Source of the DNA: Callorhinchus milii
Taxonomy: Eukaryota
Direction: 5' to 3'
Assembly: GCF_018977255.1 (NCBI RefSeq)
Contig: NW_024704742.1
Location: forward strand, 73,224,001 to 73,288,000
DNA: 64,000 nucleotides
Made by a program: the position numbers and the translations under genes. Positions within the stretch are counted from its first letter, which is position 1, and each line of letters begins with the position of its first letter. Shown piece after piece: positions 27,237-43,357 of the stretch. The notes under the pieces are model-generated. The model made no database searches and was not told where the DNA came from. It was given only the letters and a program-made list of their open reading frames with translations.

Positions 27237-29760
27237 AATGGCAAGAACACCATTAACCTCTGGTTTTGTATTTTTACCCCAGCACATAGGTATCCCCATA
27301 ATTTAAATAGATCTCCTACAGAGCAACTTCTTCTACTCAATAACAACTTGCATTCATATAGCACTCTTCACACAGGAATAGCATTCAGTATAACACTTGT
27401 CATTTTAACCATGAACAGTAATAGAAAACTAGGTATTGAAATGTGAGCTGTAGTTTTACCTTTGGTTATTATACTGGCAAGGATTCCCTGAGGTGGACAT
27501 GCACAGCATCTTCGCAGTTTTTGCCAACACCGATGAGTTTTTACAGATGGCTCTTCCATTTGCCTCGGTTTATTTAAAAAGGTGGCTTCATCCACTTCCG
27601 TAGCTAGATCTGCACTAGGAAGATGTTCTGAAGCATTCTCCTTATCCTCGTCAATCGTTTTCTGCAATAAAGGTACATGTTTTTGTAAACATTTTCTGCA
27701 ATTTCTATCCATGGAATTGAAATCTTTGTAAATCTATTTACTAAAAGCAATAAGATAGCTCTCAACTCAAGCTATTCGGGACATTATGGTGAACATACAA
27801 TACAAAATTTAATTTGTATAACGCCTTTCACGTCGGGAGGACGTCCCAAGCCACTGAAATGGAGCTCCAACAGCATATTGCAAACGTATCGATTCAACTA
27901 CTGGAAAATACTGTTTGTGCAGAGTTCAGGAGAACACCTCAGATAATTACAGGAGTATTACAACAACAATTTCACATTTATATCACGCCTTTCCAAGATT
28001 TCATGTTGGAACAATGTATCAATGCTCTTCACAGAGCCAATTGGGAGGTCGACCTGGGAGTGGGTCTACCTTCTATATAAACTATATATAAACTATATCG
28101 TTTATATATTGAGTAATGCACCGTCAAGGGGTTTCCGAGTGGCGGGTGGGGTGGGGGAAGGTTATATATAAAATAAGGCTTGCAACATGCAATTTTGCAA
28201 TTGTTTTGCCTACTAGGTGAGATTCTTTTGACATAAATAGTTTCTCCCTCTTTTATCCTTGATGTCTCACACAAGAATGGGCTTGCCCTTGCATTTATTA
28301 TAGTACCTTTCATATCAGGAGCTTATCTCAAAGCACTTCGCAAGATTCACAATAGTGCAGTGACTGTATTTGTAGACGAATACAACAGCCTGCAAATTTG
28401 CAGACTGCCGTGTCCCACAGGTTTATCTGGGGGATTGTTGATCAGAACACTGAGAAAACACTCTGCTCCTCTTTACTTTTTTGCTATAGGATCTGAATGG
28501 GCAAAGAGCTCCTCAGTTTAAATTCTCAAAGGACAACACCTCTGACAATGAAATACATTTAAAATCCTAATCTTGGAAGTGAACCCACAACGTTCTGAGT
28601 CAGAGTTAAATGTGCTGCCAACTGAGCTAAGTTGACACTTGATTCCATGTAATTCTATGTAAGGAGCATAACCAATTATTATAGAGACAGTAAGGTACCT
28701 GCTGAGAATTTTTACCCGTTCAAAATGATTTAACGAAACCAAAGCCAGGAAAAAAGCTACTTAAAAACAATTAGAAAAATAAAACAATTTAATGGAAAAT
28801 CTACAAAATTGTCTAATCTTAAACCAGCCCAGGACTGAAGTTGTGCTGTGGCAGTTAACATGGTAGTTGAACACATGCTGCTAATACCAGAAAAGAAGCT
28901 CTATGTTTATCAGCAGAACCAGTATTGTTTGTATTGGAATCTATGGACTTGTTAAATAACACAGCAGATGGCTTTCAAGGATTGGAGCTAAGAAAAGCGT
29001 TGATGTACCACACTGCTGCAGAGAACACCAACTCCTATTACAATAACGACACCTTAGACGTACCCAGAAACAAGAAGTCTCTGCTGTGCCAATTCCTGTG
29101 TTTTCAGTGTGGATACAAATACAAAGATCTAAATGATTCCATCAGAACATTAGTGTTTCGATTTCTAATGACACATTCATATTTTCAAACACTTTTGAAA
29201 AACAACAATATTGAAGGAATTGTGACTGACATATGTTTTTCCTGAGTGCNTTTTTACTCTTATAAGTAACTGTGTTGCAAAGAAAGAAGAATTAGCAAGC
29301 ACCCGTTTCTCCCCTCTATTCAGTCCAGGCAGGGTCTTGCCTTGGATGTTAATTTTCAAAACATGATTAAGTACAATATATGTTTTCAGTAGAAAGAAGG
29401 ATCACCATTTTAAAAGTAGGGATACTGAGCAAACAATAACAGCACAACTTCATCTTCTCACCAGTTTATTGGAAGTGCACGGTGCAGGGGCAGGAAGAAT
29501 AGCAAATAAATCAACTGTGTGTGAGATTGTGAGAGGAGGCATGGCTCGTAGAATTGTCTCTTCTCCAACTTGCCTTGAAAATTCTGTCTTGAACAAATTT
29601 CAATCAACCTGAATAATTATGAATATTTATATAAAACAGTAAAACAGACTCCGATTAAAATATTTACCTGCGACTGTAACTTCACATTCAGGCTTTTCAA
29701 ATAAGTTCCATCTGCCCGTATAGCGTTATCGGATTGTTCTTGAACATCGTTGTTTGCCAT
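8135..29760 (-). CDS. SLC9B2: Na+(Li+)/H+ antiporter NHA2-like (CPA2/SLC9B family), 11 coding exons, 541 aa
   Basis: Exons 29760-29668, 27661-27460, 26709-26539, 24936-24794, 24514-24387, 22142-21967, 19321-19215, 17170-17021, 15244-15136, 12327-12191 and 8344-8135 total 1626 bp, all GT-AG and in phase. Motifs: [36 protein letters not shown] (ion-binding DD), [33 protein letters not shown]. The SLC9B2 vs SLC9B1 label rests on synteny and recall; it may be co-orthologous to both. Confidence 0.9.
9121..9715. mobile_element. non-autonomous DNA transposon (MITE) with 20-bp TIRs and an internal (GA/CA) microsatellite
   Basis: GGGCCAATAGAAAAGTGCGG (9121-9140) vs CCGCAGTTTTCTATTGGCCC (9696-9715), 19/20 match. 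Interrupts the CR1. The same right end recurs at ~26412-26431. Confidence 0.8.
9872..10412 (-). mobile_element. L2 3' fragment inserted in a CR1
   Basis: [27 protein letters not shown]2 tail. Confidence 0.88.
10540..11030 (+). mobile_element. L2 3' fragment
   Basis: Same C-terminal region and tail, opposite orientation to 9872-10412. Confidence 0.85.
12191..12327 (-). CDS. SLC9B2: SLC9B2 coding exon 10 (137 bp)
   Basis: [45 protein letters not shown]. Confidence 0.94.
12810..14945 (+). mobile_element. degraded L2 RT region with a nested opposite-strand L2 3' end (~13580-13925)
   Basis: [52 protein letters not shown]. Confidence 0.82.
15136..15244 (-). CDS. SLC9B2: SLC9B2 coding exon 9 (109 bp)
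   Basis: [36 protein letters not shown], read by hand, GT-AG. Confidence 0.92.
16270..16850 (-). mobile_element. L2 3' fragment(s)
   Basis: [27 protein letters not shown]; tail. Confidence 0.8.
17021..17170 (-). CDS. SLC9B2: SLC9B2 coding exon 8 (150 bp)
   Basis: [50 protein letters not shown]. Confidence 0.93.
17460..18660 (-). mobile_element. CR1 LINE RT/C-terminal fragment
   Basis: [60 protein letters not shown]. Confidence 0.92.
19215..19321 (-). CDS. SLC9B2: SLC9B2 coding exon 7 (107 bp)
   Basis: [39 protein letters not shown]. Confidence 0.92.
20925..21241 (-). mobile_element. SINE family A, short form
   Basis: Full-length homologue of 57024-57337. Confidence 0.9.
21967..22142 (-). 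CDS. SLC9B2: SLC9B2 coding exon 6 (176 bp)
   Basis: [58 protein letters not shown]. Confidence 0.95.
22230..23270 (-). mobile_element. cluster of degraded L2 3' fragments
   Basis: [27 protein letters not shown]. Confidence 0.75.
23783..24146 (-). mobile_element. SINE family A, long form
   Basis: Contains the extra internal TACCTAGC.GTAAGTAGGAACC segment. Confidence 0.88.
24387..24514 (-). CDS. SLC9B2: SLC9B2 coding exon 5 (128 bp)
   Basis: [43 protein letters not shown], read by hand (frame not in ORF track), GT-AG. Confidence 0.92.
24794..24936 (-). CDS. SLC9B2: SLC9B2 coding exon 4 (143 bp)
   Basis: [51 protein letters not shown]. Confidence 0.93.
25700..26110 (+). mobile_element. degraded CR1 3' fragment
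   Basis: [25 protein letters not shown]. Confidence 0.7.
26539..26709 (-). CDS. SLC9B2: SLC9B2 coding exon 3 (171 bp)
   Basis: [26 protein letters not shown]...[13 protein letters not shown]. Confidence 0.93.
26865..27234 (+). mobile_element. SINE family A, long form
   Basis: As above. Confidence 0.88.
27460..27661 (-). CDS. SLC9B2: SLC9B2 coding exon 2 (202 bp)
   Basis: ttgcag|AAAACG ... [21 protein letters not shown]|gtaaaa. Confidence 0.85.
29668..29760 (-). CDS. SLC9B2: SLC9B2 first coding exon ([31 protein letters not shown])
   Basis: Pyrimidine tract + AG at 29772-29771, ATG in context AACATGG, CAG|gtaaat donor, phase 0 matching the next exon. The peptide itself is poorly conserved. 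Confidence 0.7.
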
Positions 29761-30159
29761 GTTGATTCAACTACATGAAAGGGAAAGAGGTGTGAAACCA
29801 GCAGGAAGTGATCACGCAGCATTATTCCAGCACTCCAAAGCTGTACAGGGAACCAGTAGGAATCAGATAACGCCACACTCTTTTAGGGTAAGAATCTCTC
29901 AGTTATAATTTATTTCAAGGCTACTGCTGCCAGGCCTCCAGCAAACTGTTCCAAGCCGGCTGTTTGAAGTCGTAAAGAGCAACTTGCACTACAAGTTAGA
30001 AGAAAGGGCTTTCTTCCGTTTCTTTATTTTCAGCGGCTGAATGTCTGACACATGGGGAAACCTTTCACTGTAAACGAGAGTAAACAAACCACGTTAAGAT
30101 TTCTACATATGTATCCCATTTACACATGGAAACTTCCCCGTGTCTGGAATGCAACACAT

Positions 30160-30851
30160 GCGTCTTATTTGACCCTCAAGTAACCTTTCTATCCCACATC
30201 TGTGCTATGACCAGCTCTGCCTTCCCCCACCTCTGCAACATCGTCCGGCTCTGCCACTCTCTCACACCGCCGGCTGCCGAAACCCTTATACATGCTTTCA
30301 TTACATCCAAGCTCGACTATGTCGGCCTCCCCAACTCCTCCCTCCATAGGCTGCCGATCATCCAGAACTCTTTCGCACTGGGCTCCATGACCCTGTCACT
30401 CACCCGACTCCACTGGCTTCCCATCACACAGAGGGAACAGTTCCAGATCCTGGTCCTCACCTTCAAAGCCCTCCATGGCCTTCCTCCCCCCCCTACCTCT
30501 GCAACCACCTAATCCCCTACCGTCGTGCTCGCTCCTCCGCTCAGCGGGCTCTGGCCTGCTTCACATCCCCCGCCTCGCTTACCCCACTATTGGCGGGTGG
30601 GCCTTCTGCCACTCTGCCCCCACCCTCTGGAACTCCATCCCGCAGTCCCTCCGCCTCTCCCCCTCTCTTGCCTCCTTCAAGACCCATCTCAAGACCCTCC
30701 TCTTTCACTGTGCCTTCGATCATCCTCCTTTACCCCTGTCCTCCGCCGTCCCCGATCTCGACCCTCAGCTCGGGTCCGAAACTCTGTCTGTCCAGCGCCT
30801 TGGGACGTCCTCTCGACGTGAAAGGCGTTATACAAATGTAATTTTGTTGTT
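30160..30851 (+). mobile_element. L2 3' fragment
   Basis: [35 protein letters not shown]; tail. Confidence 0.88.
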
Positions 30852-30899
30852 TCAAATATAGATTTTATCAACATTCGAACAGACAAATCAACTACACTA

Positions 30900-31113
30900 T
30901 AATAATAATAATAATCCTTGCATTTGATATAGCGCTTTTCACGTCGGGAGGACGTCCCAAAGCGCTTCACAGAACACACTGTAAAGTGAACTGACTGTAT
31001 ATTTGTGGGCGAACGCGGCAGCCAATTGCGCACAGCAATGTCCCACAAACAGTCATAGATTGAAAATGACCAATTTATTATTGTTTTGTTTTTTGAAGGG
31101 ATTATTATTAGGC
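30900..31113 (-). mobile_element. SINE family A, 5'-truncated young copy
   Basis: Nearly identical to 11313-11530 and to the 3' part of 32546-32866. Confidence 0.88.
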
Positions 31114-32373
31114 ATGTCCCTTATACAGATATACTGGGCAACAGACAGAATCAAAATCATATTACCTGATTCAACTCTGGCCAACAACAGCTCCTAGAGC
31201 TCCCACAATACATTCCTACCACTGGAGAAAGCCGTCCTTCCTTATGAACCTCACTACTCTTCCTCTTTCACTTTTAGTTTCTGGTTTTCCCAGCTCCGGG
31301 ATAATCTTCACTGATTATCTCTTGGCTACTTCTGTTAGTGTGATTACATATCATTTCTGCATTTTATCTATTTGATTACTTTATAACCCTCAATTCTTCT
31401 GGAACGTTCAGTTGCTGCTATCAATATACCAATGTATCCCGACGTGATAGTCAGTATATTTCAACACAGTTCCACCCACAATTCCAGGACTGCTGCTCTG
31501 ACTGGCTGTCAGACATCGAGTTCTAGATAAGTTTTAACTTTCTTTAGCCGAACGTCAACAAAACTTAAGCTGCCTCATTCAATTCTTGACAGCTCTTTCC
31601 TGTCACTGACTCTGACACAATCAGCCGTAATGGCTACTCATTCAGTCTGATTGAGACAGCACTCAATCTTGGTATTCTGCTAAAACAATTGGACCTTCCT
31701 GTGTCTGGTAGCTGTATAATACAGAAAGCAGTATATAATTTTTCTGAAGGCATAGCCTTAAAGTACTGCATGCAAATTGTCCTCAACTGACTAAATACTA
31801 CTGTATGTAAATCCTGTTAAATCTAGCAATAAAGCAAGCCTTTTATCCATAATGAGTTACAATATTGTATTTGTACACTTTGGGACGTCCTCCCGACGTG
31901 AAAGGCGCTCCATAAATGTAATTTTGTTGTTGTTGTTGTTGTATTGCATACAGCCATATCTTACTAACCTATCACATACAATTTGAGTTCCAAGTCCCAG
32001 CAAGGGCTTGAACACACAACCTTCTGACTCAGAGATGAGAGTGGTACCAACCACAGAAACAGCTTAATGCTGTAAAGGGAAGGCAGGGTGAGTGTTCTGG
32101 AAGAATGAGATCAAATAGGCTGAAGGACCTTCTTCATCCAAACATCTTTTATGATACAGCATTAGTCAACATTTCCATTTAATATATATTTCTTAAATAA
32201 GGTGATTATTATATCTTGTTGTTGTTTAAATCAATGTTATATCATCAATTTGCAGAAGCCACATGAACACCTTTTTAAAAAATCATTTAGAATTTTGCGG
32301 AAAGCAAGATATTTTTACTTAACCAGAAAAGAATCAATGAACATAATTATAGCATAAACAGGGAAACACTGAG

Positions 32374-34722
32374 ACAACAACAACAACAAGATTCCATTTA
32401 TAGAGCGCCTTTCACGTTGGGAGGACGTCCCAAGGCGCTGTACAGTTAGGTCGGGACCCGAGCAGGGGGACATGGTCAGGGTGAGGGGAGGGAAGGGAGG
32501 GAGCGAGGAGGGGGTAGAGAGTCGAGAGGGGAGCTGAAGTCCCTTGGAGTCCTGTAGCTCAGTGGTTAGAGCACTCGCTTTGCAAGTGAGAGACCCGAGT
32601 TCAATTCCAGACAGAGGGCGAAACCTTGGGCAAGTTTCCTTACTCCACACACCTAATAATAATCCCTCCAAAAAAAAAACAATAATAAATTGGTCATTTT
32701 CAATCCATGACTGTTTGTGGGACATTGCTGTGCGCAATTAGCTGCCGTGTTCGCCCACAAATATACAGTCAATTCACTTTACAGTGTGTTCTGTGAAGCG
32801 CTTTGGGACGTCCTCCCGACGTGAAAAGCGCTATATCAAATGCAAGGATTATTATTATTATTATTAAAGGTCTTGAGACCGGCCTTGAAGGAGGAAAGGG
32901 AGGAGGAAAGTCGAAGGCACTGGGGGATAGAGTTCCAGAGCCTCGGGGCTGAGAGGCTGAAGGCCCGGCCACCGATGGTAGGGCGGTTGGGGCGGGGGAT
33001 GTGGAGCAGACCGGAGCCAGAGGAACGGAGGGTACGGGCAGGTAGGTAGGGGGATAGTAGGTCGGAGAGGTAGGAGGGAGCGAGGCCGTGAATGGCCTTG
33101 TAGGTGAGGATGAGGATCTTGAATTCGATCCTCTGGGGGATGGGGAGCCAGTGGAGGCGAGCGAGGGTGGGAGTGATGTGGTCGCGGTGTCTGGTGCGGG
33201 ACAGTACACGAGCTGCAGAGTTCTGAATGACCTGCAGTGTGGAGGGAGGTGGCGGGAAGGCCGGCGAGGAGAGAGTTCCCATAGTCCAGCCTTGAGGTGA
33301 TAAAGGCGTGGACCAGAGTTTCAGCCGCGTGAGGGGTGAGGTAGTGCCGTAGTCTGGCGATGTTTCGGAGGTGATGGAAGGCGGTGCCAGTTGTGGTGCG
33401 GATGTGAGGGAGAAAGGACAGCTCAGGGTCGAACAGAACGCCGAGGTTCCTGATGGCTTTGAGAGGTGGAGAGTGCAGCCTTGGATGCTGATGCTGTCAG
33501 CGCCTGAGGTGCGGAGGCGCTGACGTGAGCCAATCAGGAGGGCCTCAGTTTTGCGCACGTTGAGCTGAAGAAAGTTGTCTCTCGTCCAGGACTCGATGTC
33601 GGACAGGCAGCTGTCAGGACATCGGTGGTCGTGGAGTTGAGGGTAGAGGAGGAAAGGTAGAGTTGGGTGTCATCCGCATACATGTGGAAGTTAACCCCAT
33701 GTCTGCGGATGATGTCACCACAGGGGGAGCATATAGAGGGTGAAGAGGAGGGGACCGAGGACAGAGCCCTGAGGGACACCGCACGAGACAGTGCGGGGGT
33801 GGAGGAAAAGCCGTTCGTGGAAACAAAGTGAAGACGGTGGGAGAGGTACGACCTAAACCACTCAAGGACAGGGCCTTGAAGGTTGAGGTGGGAGGACAAG
33901 CGGTGGAGGAGGATAGCGTGGTCGACCGTATCGAATGCTGCCGATAGGTCGAGGAGGACGAGGAGGCAGAGGGAGCCCTGGTCACAGATGGTCAGGATGT
34001 CATTGGTGACCTTGACCAGGGCAGTTTCTGTGCTATGGGCAGCACGGAAACCCGACTGAAGGGGTTCGAATAGTGAATGGGTGGAGAGGAAAGAGCGCAG
34101 CTGGGAGGCGACAACTTGTTCCAGGACCTTGGACAGAAAGGGGAGGTTGGAGATGGGCCGGTAGCTTGGTAGCTGCGACACATCAAGGGAGGGTTTTTTC
34201 AAGGTGGGAGTGATGATGGCAGTTTTTAAGGGAATGGGAACAGAGCCAGAGGAGAGGGACAGGTTGACGATGTCTGTGATATGTGGAGCAAGGAGGTGGA
34301 GCTGAGAGATAAGGAGTGGAGTGGGGATGGGGTCAAGGGAGCAGGTGGTGGGTTTCAGGGATAGGATGAGTTTGGTGACAGAGGGTGGGGAAACGGGTAC
34401 GAGGGTGTGTAGGGGAGGATGGGTCAGAGTTGGAGTGTGGGAGGGAGGGAGTGGGGGGTGAGTGGATGTTGGAGGGGAAGTGACCACGGAGCGAATTCCC
34501 TTGATTTTGGATTCAAGGAAATCCAGCATCTCCTCGCAGTGAAGGTTGGAGGAGATGACCTGCGCGGGGTGGCGGGGGGACGGAGGAGTCGGGATGTGGT
34601 AGAAAACAGTAGCCTGGGGTTGTTCTTCGACTCCAGGATTATCCTGGAGTAGAAGGACGACTTGGCCGAGGCTAGAGTGGAGCGGTAGATTTTGAGGAGG
34701 TCCAGCCAGATTTGTCTGTGGA
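32374..34722 (-). mobile_element. L2-clade LINE, 5'-truncated, longest copy, interrupted by a SINE at 32546-32866
   Basis: RT motifs [42 protein letters not shown] and YADDTQLY (ORF 33534-34529, frameshifted). C-terminal [22 protein letters not shown], 3' stem-loop and (TTG)n end. Confidence 0.93.
32546..32866 (+). mobile_element. SINE family A, short form, nested in L2
   Basis: Full head-to-tail copy. Confidence 0.92.
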
Positions 34723-35261
34723 CTAAATAAATGGAACAGAATGCTGTAAACTTATTAATTAGGCACCATCAGGCGACGCAAATATTGACTCACTTGATAG
34801 ATTAACAAATATACATGTCTATTTCTAATTCAACAGGAAGCAAAGAATCAAGGGTTGGCAATCTATGAAAGTCAAACACAAAATGAAGTATTTTTCAATG
34901 TTCTGTGGAAACATTAAATTACAGAGCAAGACAGATGGGATGAATGGCATTTTTCTCATTCATACAGAAAAACTTGTGTAATTCCCAGGGCTAGAGAGAG
35001 CATACTTAACTGGGGTTCTCGCTCCCAAAAGCTAAAATTATTCATGCGAGAAAGTGTTTGAGTTTGAATTTGGGCGAGAACAGTATCATGGTTAAATGTG
35101 ATACAGTTTTATGGTTGAATAAGATAACAATTCAAGCTTTCTGATTCAAGCCACAAGTCATGAGTTGAGCTCCTAAGTTTTGAAAAGGTATTCAATAAAG
35201 GCTGAAAATACAGTACTTCTAGTGTACTTATACAGTATAACCTGTGAAGCACTTTAAGGCA

Positions 35262-35580
35262 TTCAATTCCCGGCAGGATGAAATGTTGGGCAAGTTTCCT
35301 TACTCCACAGGCCTCTGCTTACCTAGCAGTAAGTAGGAACCTGGTTGTTAGTCGATTTGCGAGTCACTTTTCCGGAGGTAATAATTCCTTCAAAAAAATA
35401 ACAATAATTGTTAATTGTCCCTTCAATCCACGACTGTCTGTGGGACACTGTTGTGCGCAATTGGCTGCCATGTTTCGCCCACAAATATACAGTCAATTCA
35501 CTTTACAGTATATTCTGTGAAGCGCTTTGAGACGTTTCGAAGACTTGATAAAGTGCTATATCAAATTCAAGGGTTATTAT
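35262..35580 (+). mobile_element. SINE family A, long form, 5'-truncated
   Basis: Homology to 44630-45011. Confidence 0.85.
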
Positions 35581-36176
35581 TCTCCTGATGTGTTATAGTA
35601 CTGGGGGAGCGCCGTGTTATCTCGGCAGTGGTGGCCACACCCCAGAGAATCACACTAGTTTAGGTAAGTCCATATTCAATCAATAGGGGTATTTTCAGTT
35701 TTTTTTGACTTGTGGCATAAATCAAACACGAAAATGCTAAGGAGGTGTGGAAAGAAGAGGATTTGCCGACCCATATGACAAGAAAGGTAGCAGCCTTCAA
35801 TCACAATATCAACAGGTATGAGAAGCGAAACAAGAGAGTGAGAGCAGATTAGGTCGGTGGCTCATGTGGAGAAATAATGGCCCATTACTATGGTTCAATA
35901 TTCAACAACTCTACCAGAGGAAAGGCTCTGATCACAATAACATAGACTTTGTTCAATTATGCAAAATTGCAGAACAGGCTGAAGACTGGGAGAGGCCGCC
36001 AGGAACAGCAGGTGCACCCCGTCCTGGATCAGCAGATCCCATCGCACCAGGCACAGGCCCCGGGGATGGGGGGCGCCTCCCGCTGATAGAGCCAGGGCCA
36101 GGGCCAGGGCCAGGGCCCGGGGCAGCAAATAAAAGTAACGGACCCCAAACCCAACCTCACACTGATACTGACTCAC

Positions 36177-36240
36177 CGTCTGCTGACCGCCCGCCACCGG
36201 GAGTGAGGAGGGACAGCCTCACCGGCCCCGTGTCACTGTC
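36177..36240 (-). other. possible non-coding first exon of SLC9B2
   Basis: The ATG exon has an upstream acceptor, so a 5'-UTR exon is needed. A consensus donor CG|GTGAGT (reverse of 36171-36178) lies in the GC/CpG-rich patch 35990-36240. The 5' boundary is a guess. Confidence 0.35.
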
Positions 36241-36244
36241 CTCA

Positions 36245-36806
36245 TCTCACTGTGTGTGTGTGTGTGTGTATCACTGTGTGTGTGTGTGTCTCACTGTGTG
36301 TGTGTGTGTGTCTCACTGTGTGTGTCACTGTGTGTGTGTCTCACTGTGTGTGTGTGTCTCACTGTGTGTGTCACTGTGTGTGTGTCACTGTGTGTCACTG
36401 TGTGTCACTGTGTGTGTGTGTGTGTCTCACTGTGTGTGTGTGTGTGTCTCACTGTGTGTGTGTCACTGTGTGTGTGTGTGTGTCACTGTGTGTGTGTCTC
36501 ACTGTGTGTGTGTGTGTGTGTCTCACTGTGTGTGTCACTGTGTGTGTGTCACTGTGTGTGTGTCTCACTGTGTGTGTGTGTGTCACTGGTGTGTGTCTCA
36601 CTGTGTGTGTGTGTCTCACTGTGTGTGTGTCACTGTGTGTGTCTCACTGTGTGTGTGTGTCACTGTGTGTGTCTCACTGTGTGTGTGTGTGTGTGTCACT
36701 GTGTGTCAGTGTGTGTGTGTGTCACTGTGTGTGTCACTGTGTGTGTGTGTGTCACTGTGTGTCTCACTGTGTGTGTGTGTCTCACTGTGTGTGTGTGTGT
36801 GTGTCA
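36245..36806. repeat. compound microsatellite [(TC)TCAC(TG)n]
   Basis: Visible directly; source of the Cys/Val/His-rich ORFs. Confidence 0.97.
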
Positions 36807-36920
36807 GGGTGTGGGGAGGGGGCGGGGCGAGTTTGACAGCGTCAATCATTGACAGCTTCCCCGCGTCATCAACATATCCGGGCACTTACTGATAACGTCA
36901 TCATCCGCCCCCACAGCCCC
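36807..36920. promoter_or_regulatory. candidate core promoter between SLC9B2 (-) and BDH2 (+)
   Basis: About 115 bp of unique CpG-containing sequence with GC boxes at both ends (GGGGCGGGGC, CCGCCCC), two TGACAG sites and CRE half-sites (CGTCA). Confidence 0.5.
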
Positions 36921-37313
36921 ATCTATACACACACACACCCCATCCCCCCCACACACCCCTATACACACACACCCCATCCCCCCACACACCCCATCCCCCA
37001 CACACACCCCATCCCCCACACACACCCCATCCCCCACACCCACCCCATCACACACACACCCCATCCCACACACACACCCATCCCCCCACACACACCCCAT
37101 CCCCCCACACACACCCCATCCCCACACACCTCATACACACACACCCACCCATCCCCCACACACCCATCCCCCCACACACACACCTATACACACACCCCAT
37201 CCCCCCACACACACCCCATCCCCCACACACCTCTATACACACACACCCCATCCCCACACACACCCCTATACACACACACCCCATCCCCCACACACACCCC
37301 TATACAACCACAC
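36921..37313. repeat. minisatellite (CA)n-CCCCAT-CCCCC, G-rich on the minus strand
   Basis: Visible directly; runs into the assembly gap. Confidence 0.95.
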
Positions 37314-37338
37314 NNNNNNNNNNNNNNNNNNNNNNNNN
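37314..37338. other. assembly gap (25 N)
   Basis: N run. The BDH2 exons encoding about the first 83 residues are absent, so the true gap is probably much larger. Confidence 0.95.
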
Positions 37339-37488
37339 TGTTTAACCAACAAACCAGTTACTGCATGTGACAGTGATTATCTGTGAAGCACTATAAGATG
37401 TTTTGATTTGATAAAAGAGCCATAAAAATGCAAGTTCTTTTCTGTCTTACAGAAAGAGTGATCAACTATTAATAATTTGATGTTGTGA

Positions 37489-43357
<5,869 letters not shown>

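Noticed and set aside
27662..27712. ATG at 27712 (MDRNCRK...) as the SLC9B2 start
   Set aside because: A good acceptor at 27663-27662 and an in-phase upstream ATG exon (29760-29668) fit better; an alternative start cannot be fully excluded.
28925..29245. 106-aa ORF in unique-looking intronic sequence
   Set aside because: Antisense within an SLC9B2 intron, non-ATG start, no recognisable domain or splice partners.
33534..34529. Domesticated or active reverse transcriptase gene
   Set aside because: 5'-truncated (no endonuclease) with frameshifts inside the RT; an ordinary dead L2 copy.
35864..36892. 342-aa ORF and overlapping Cys/Val/His-rich ORFs (metallothionein- or keratin-associated-like)
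   Set aside because: Open only because the (TG)n/TCAC repeat has no stop codons in any + frame; no domain signal in the unique part.
36800..36910. Possible C/D-box snoRNA on the minus strand (ATGATGA ... CTGA)
   Set aside because: No terminal stem, the D box abuts a microsatellite, and the motifs are better explained as CRE half-sites in a promoter.
36846..37370. His/Pro/Thr-rich and Gly/Val/Cys-rich ORFs
   Set aside because: Translations of the (CA)n-CCCCAT minisatellite.
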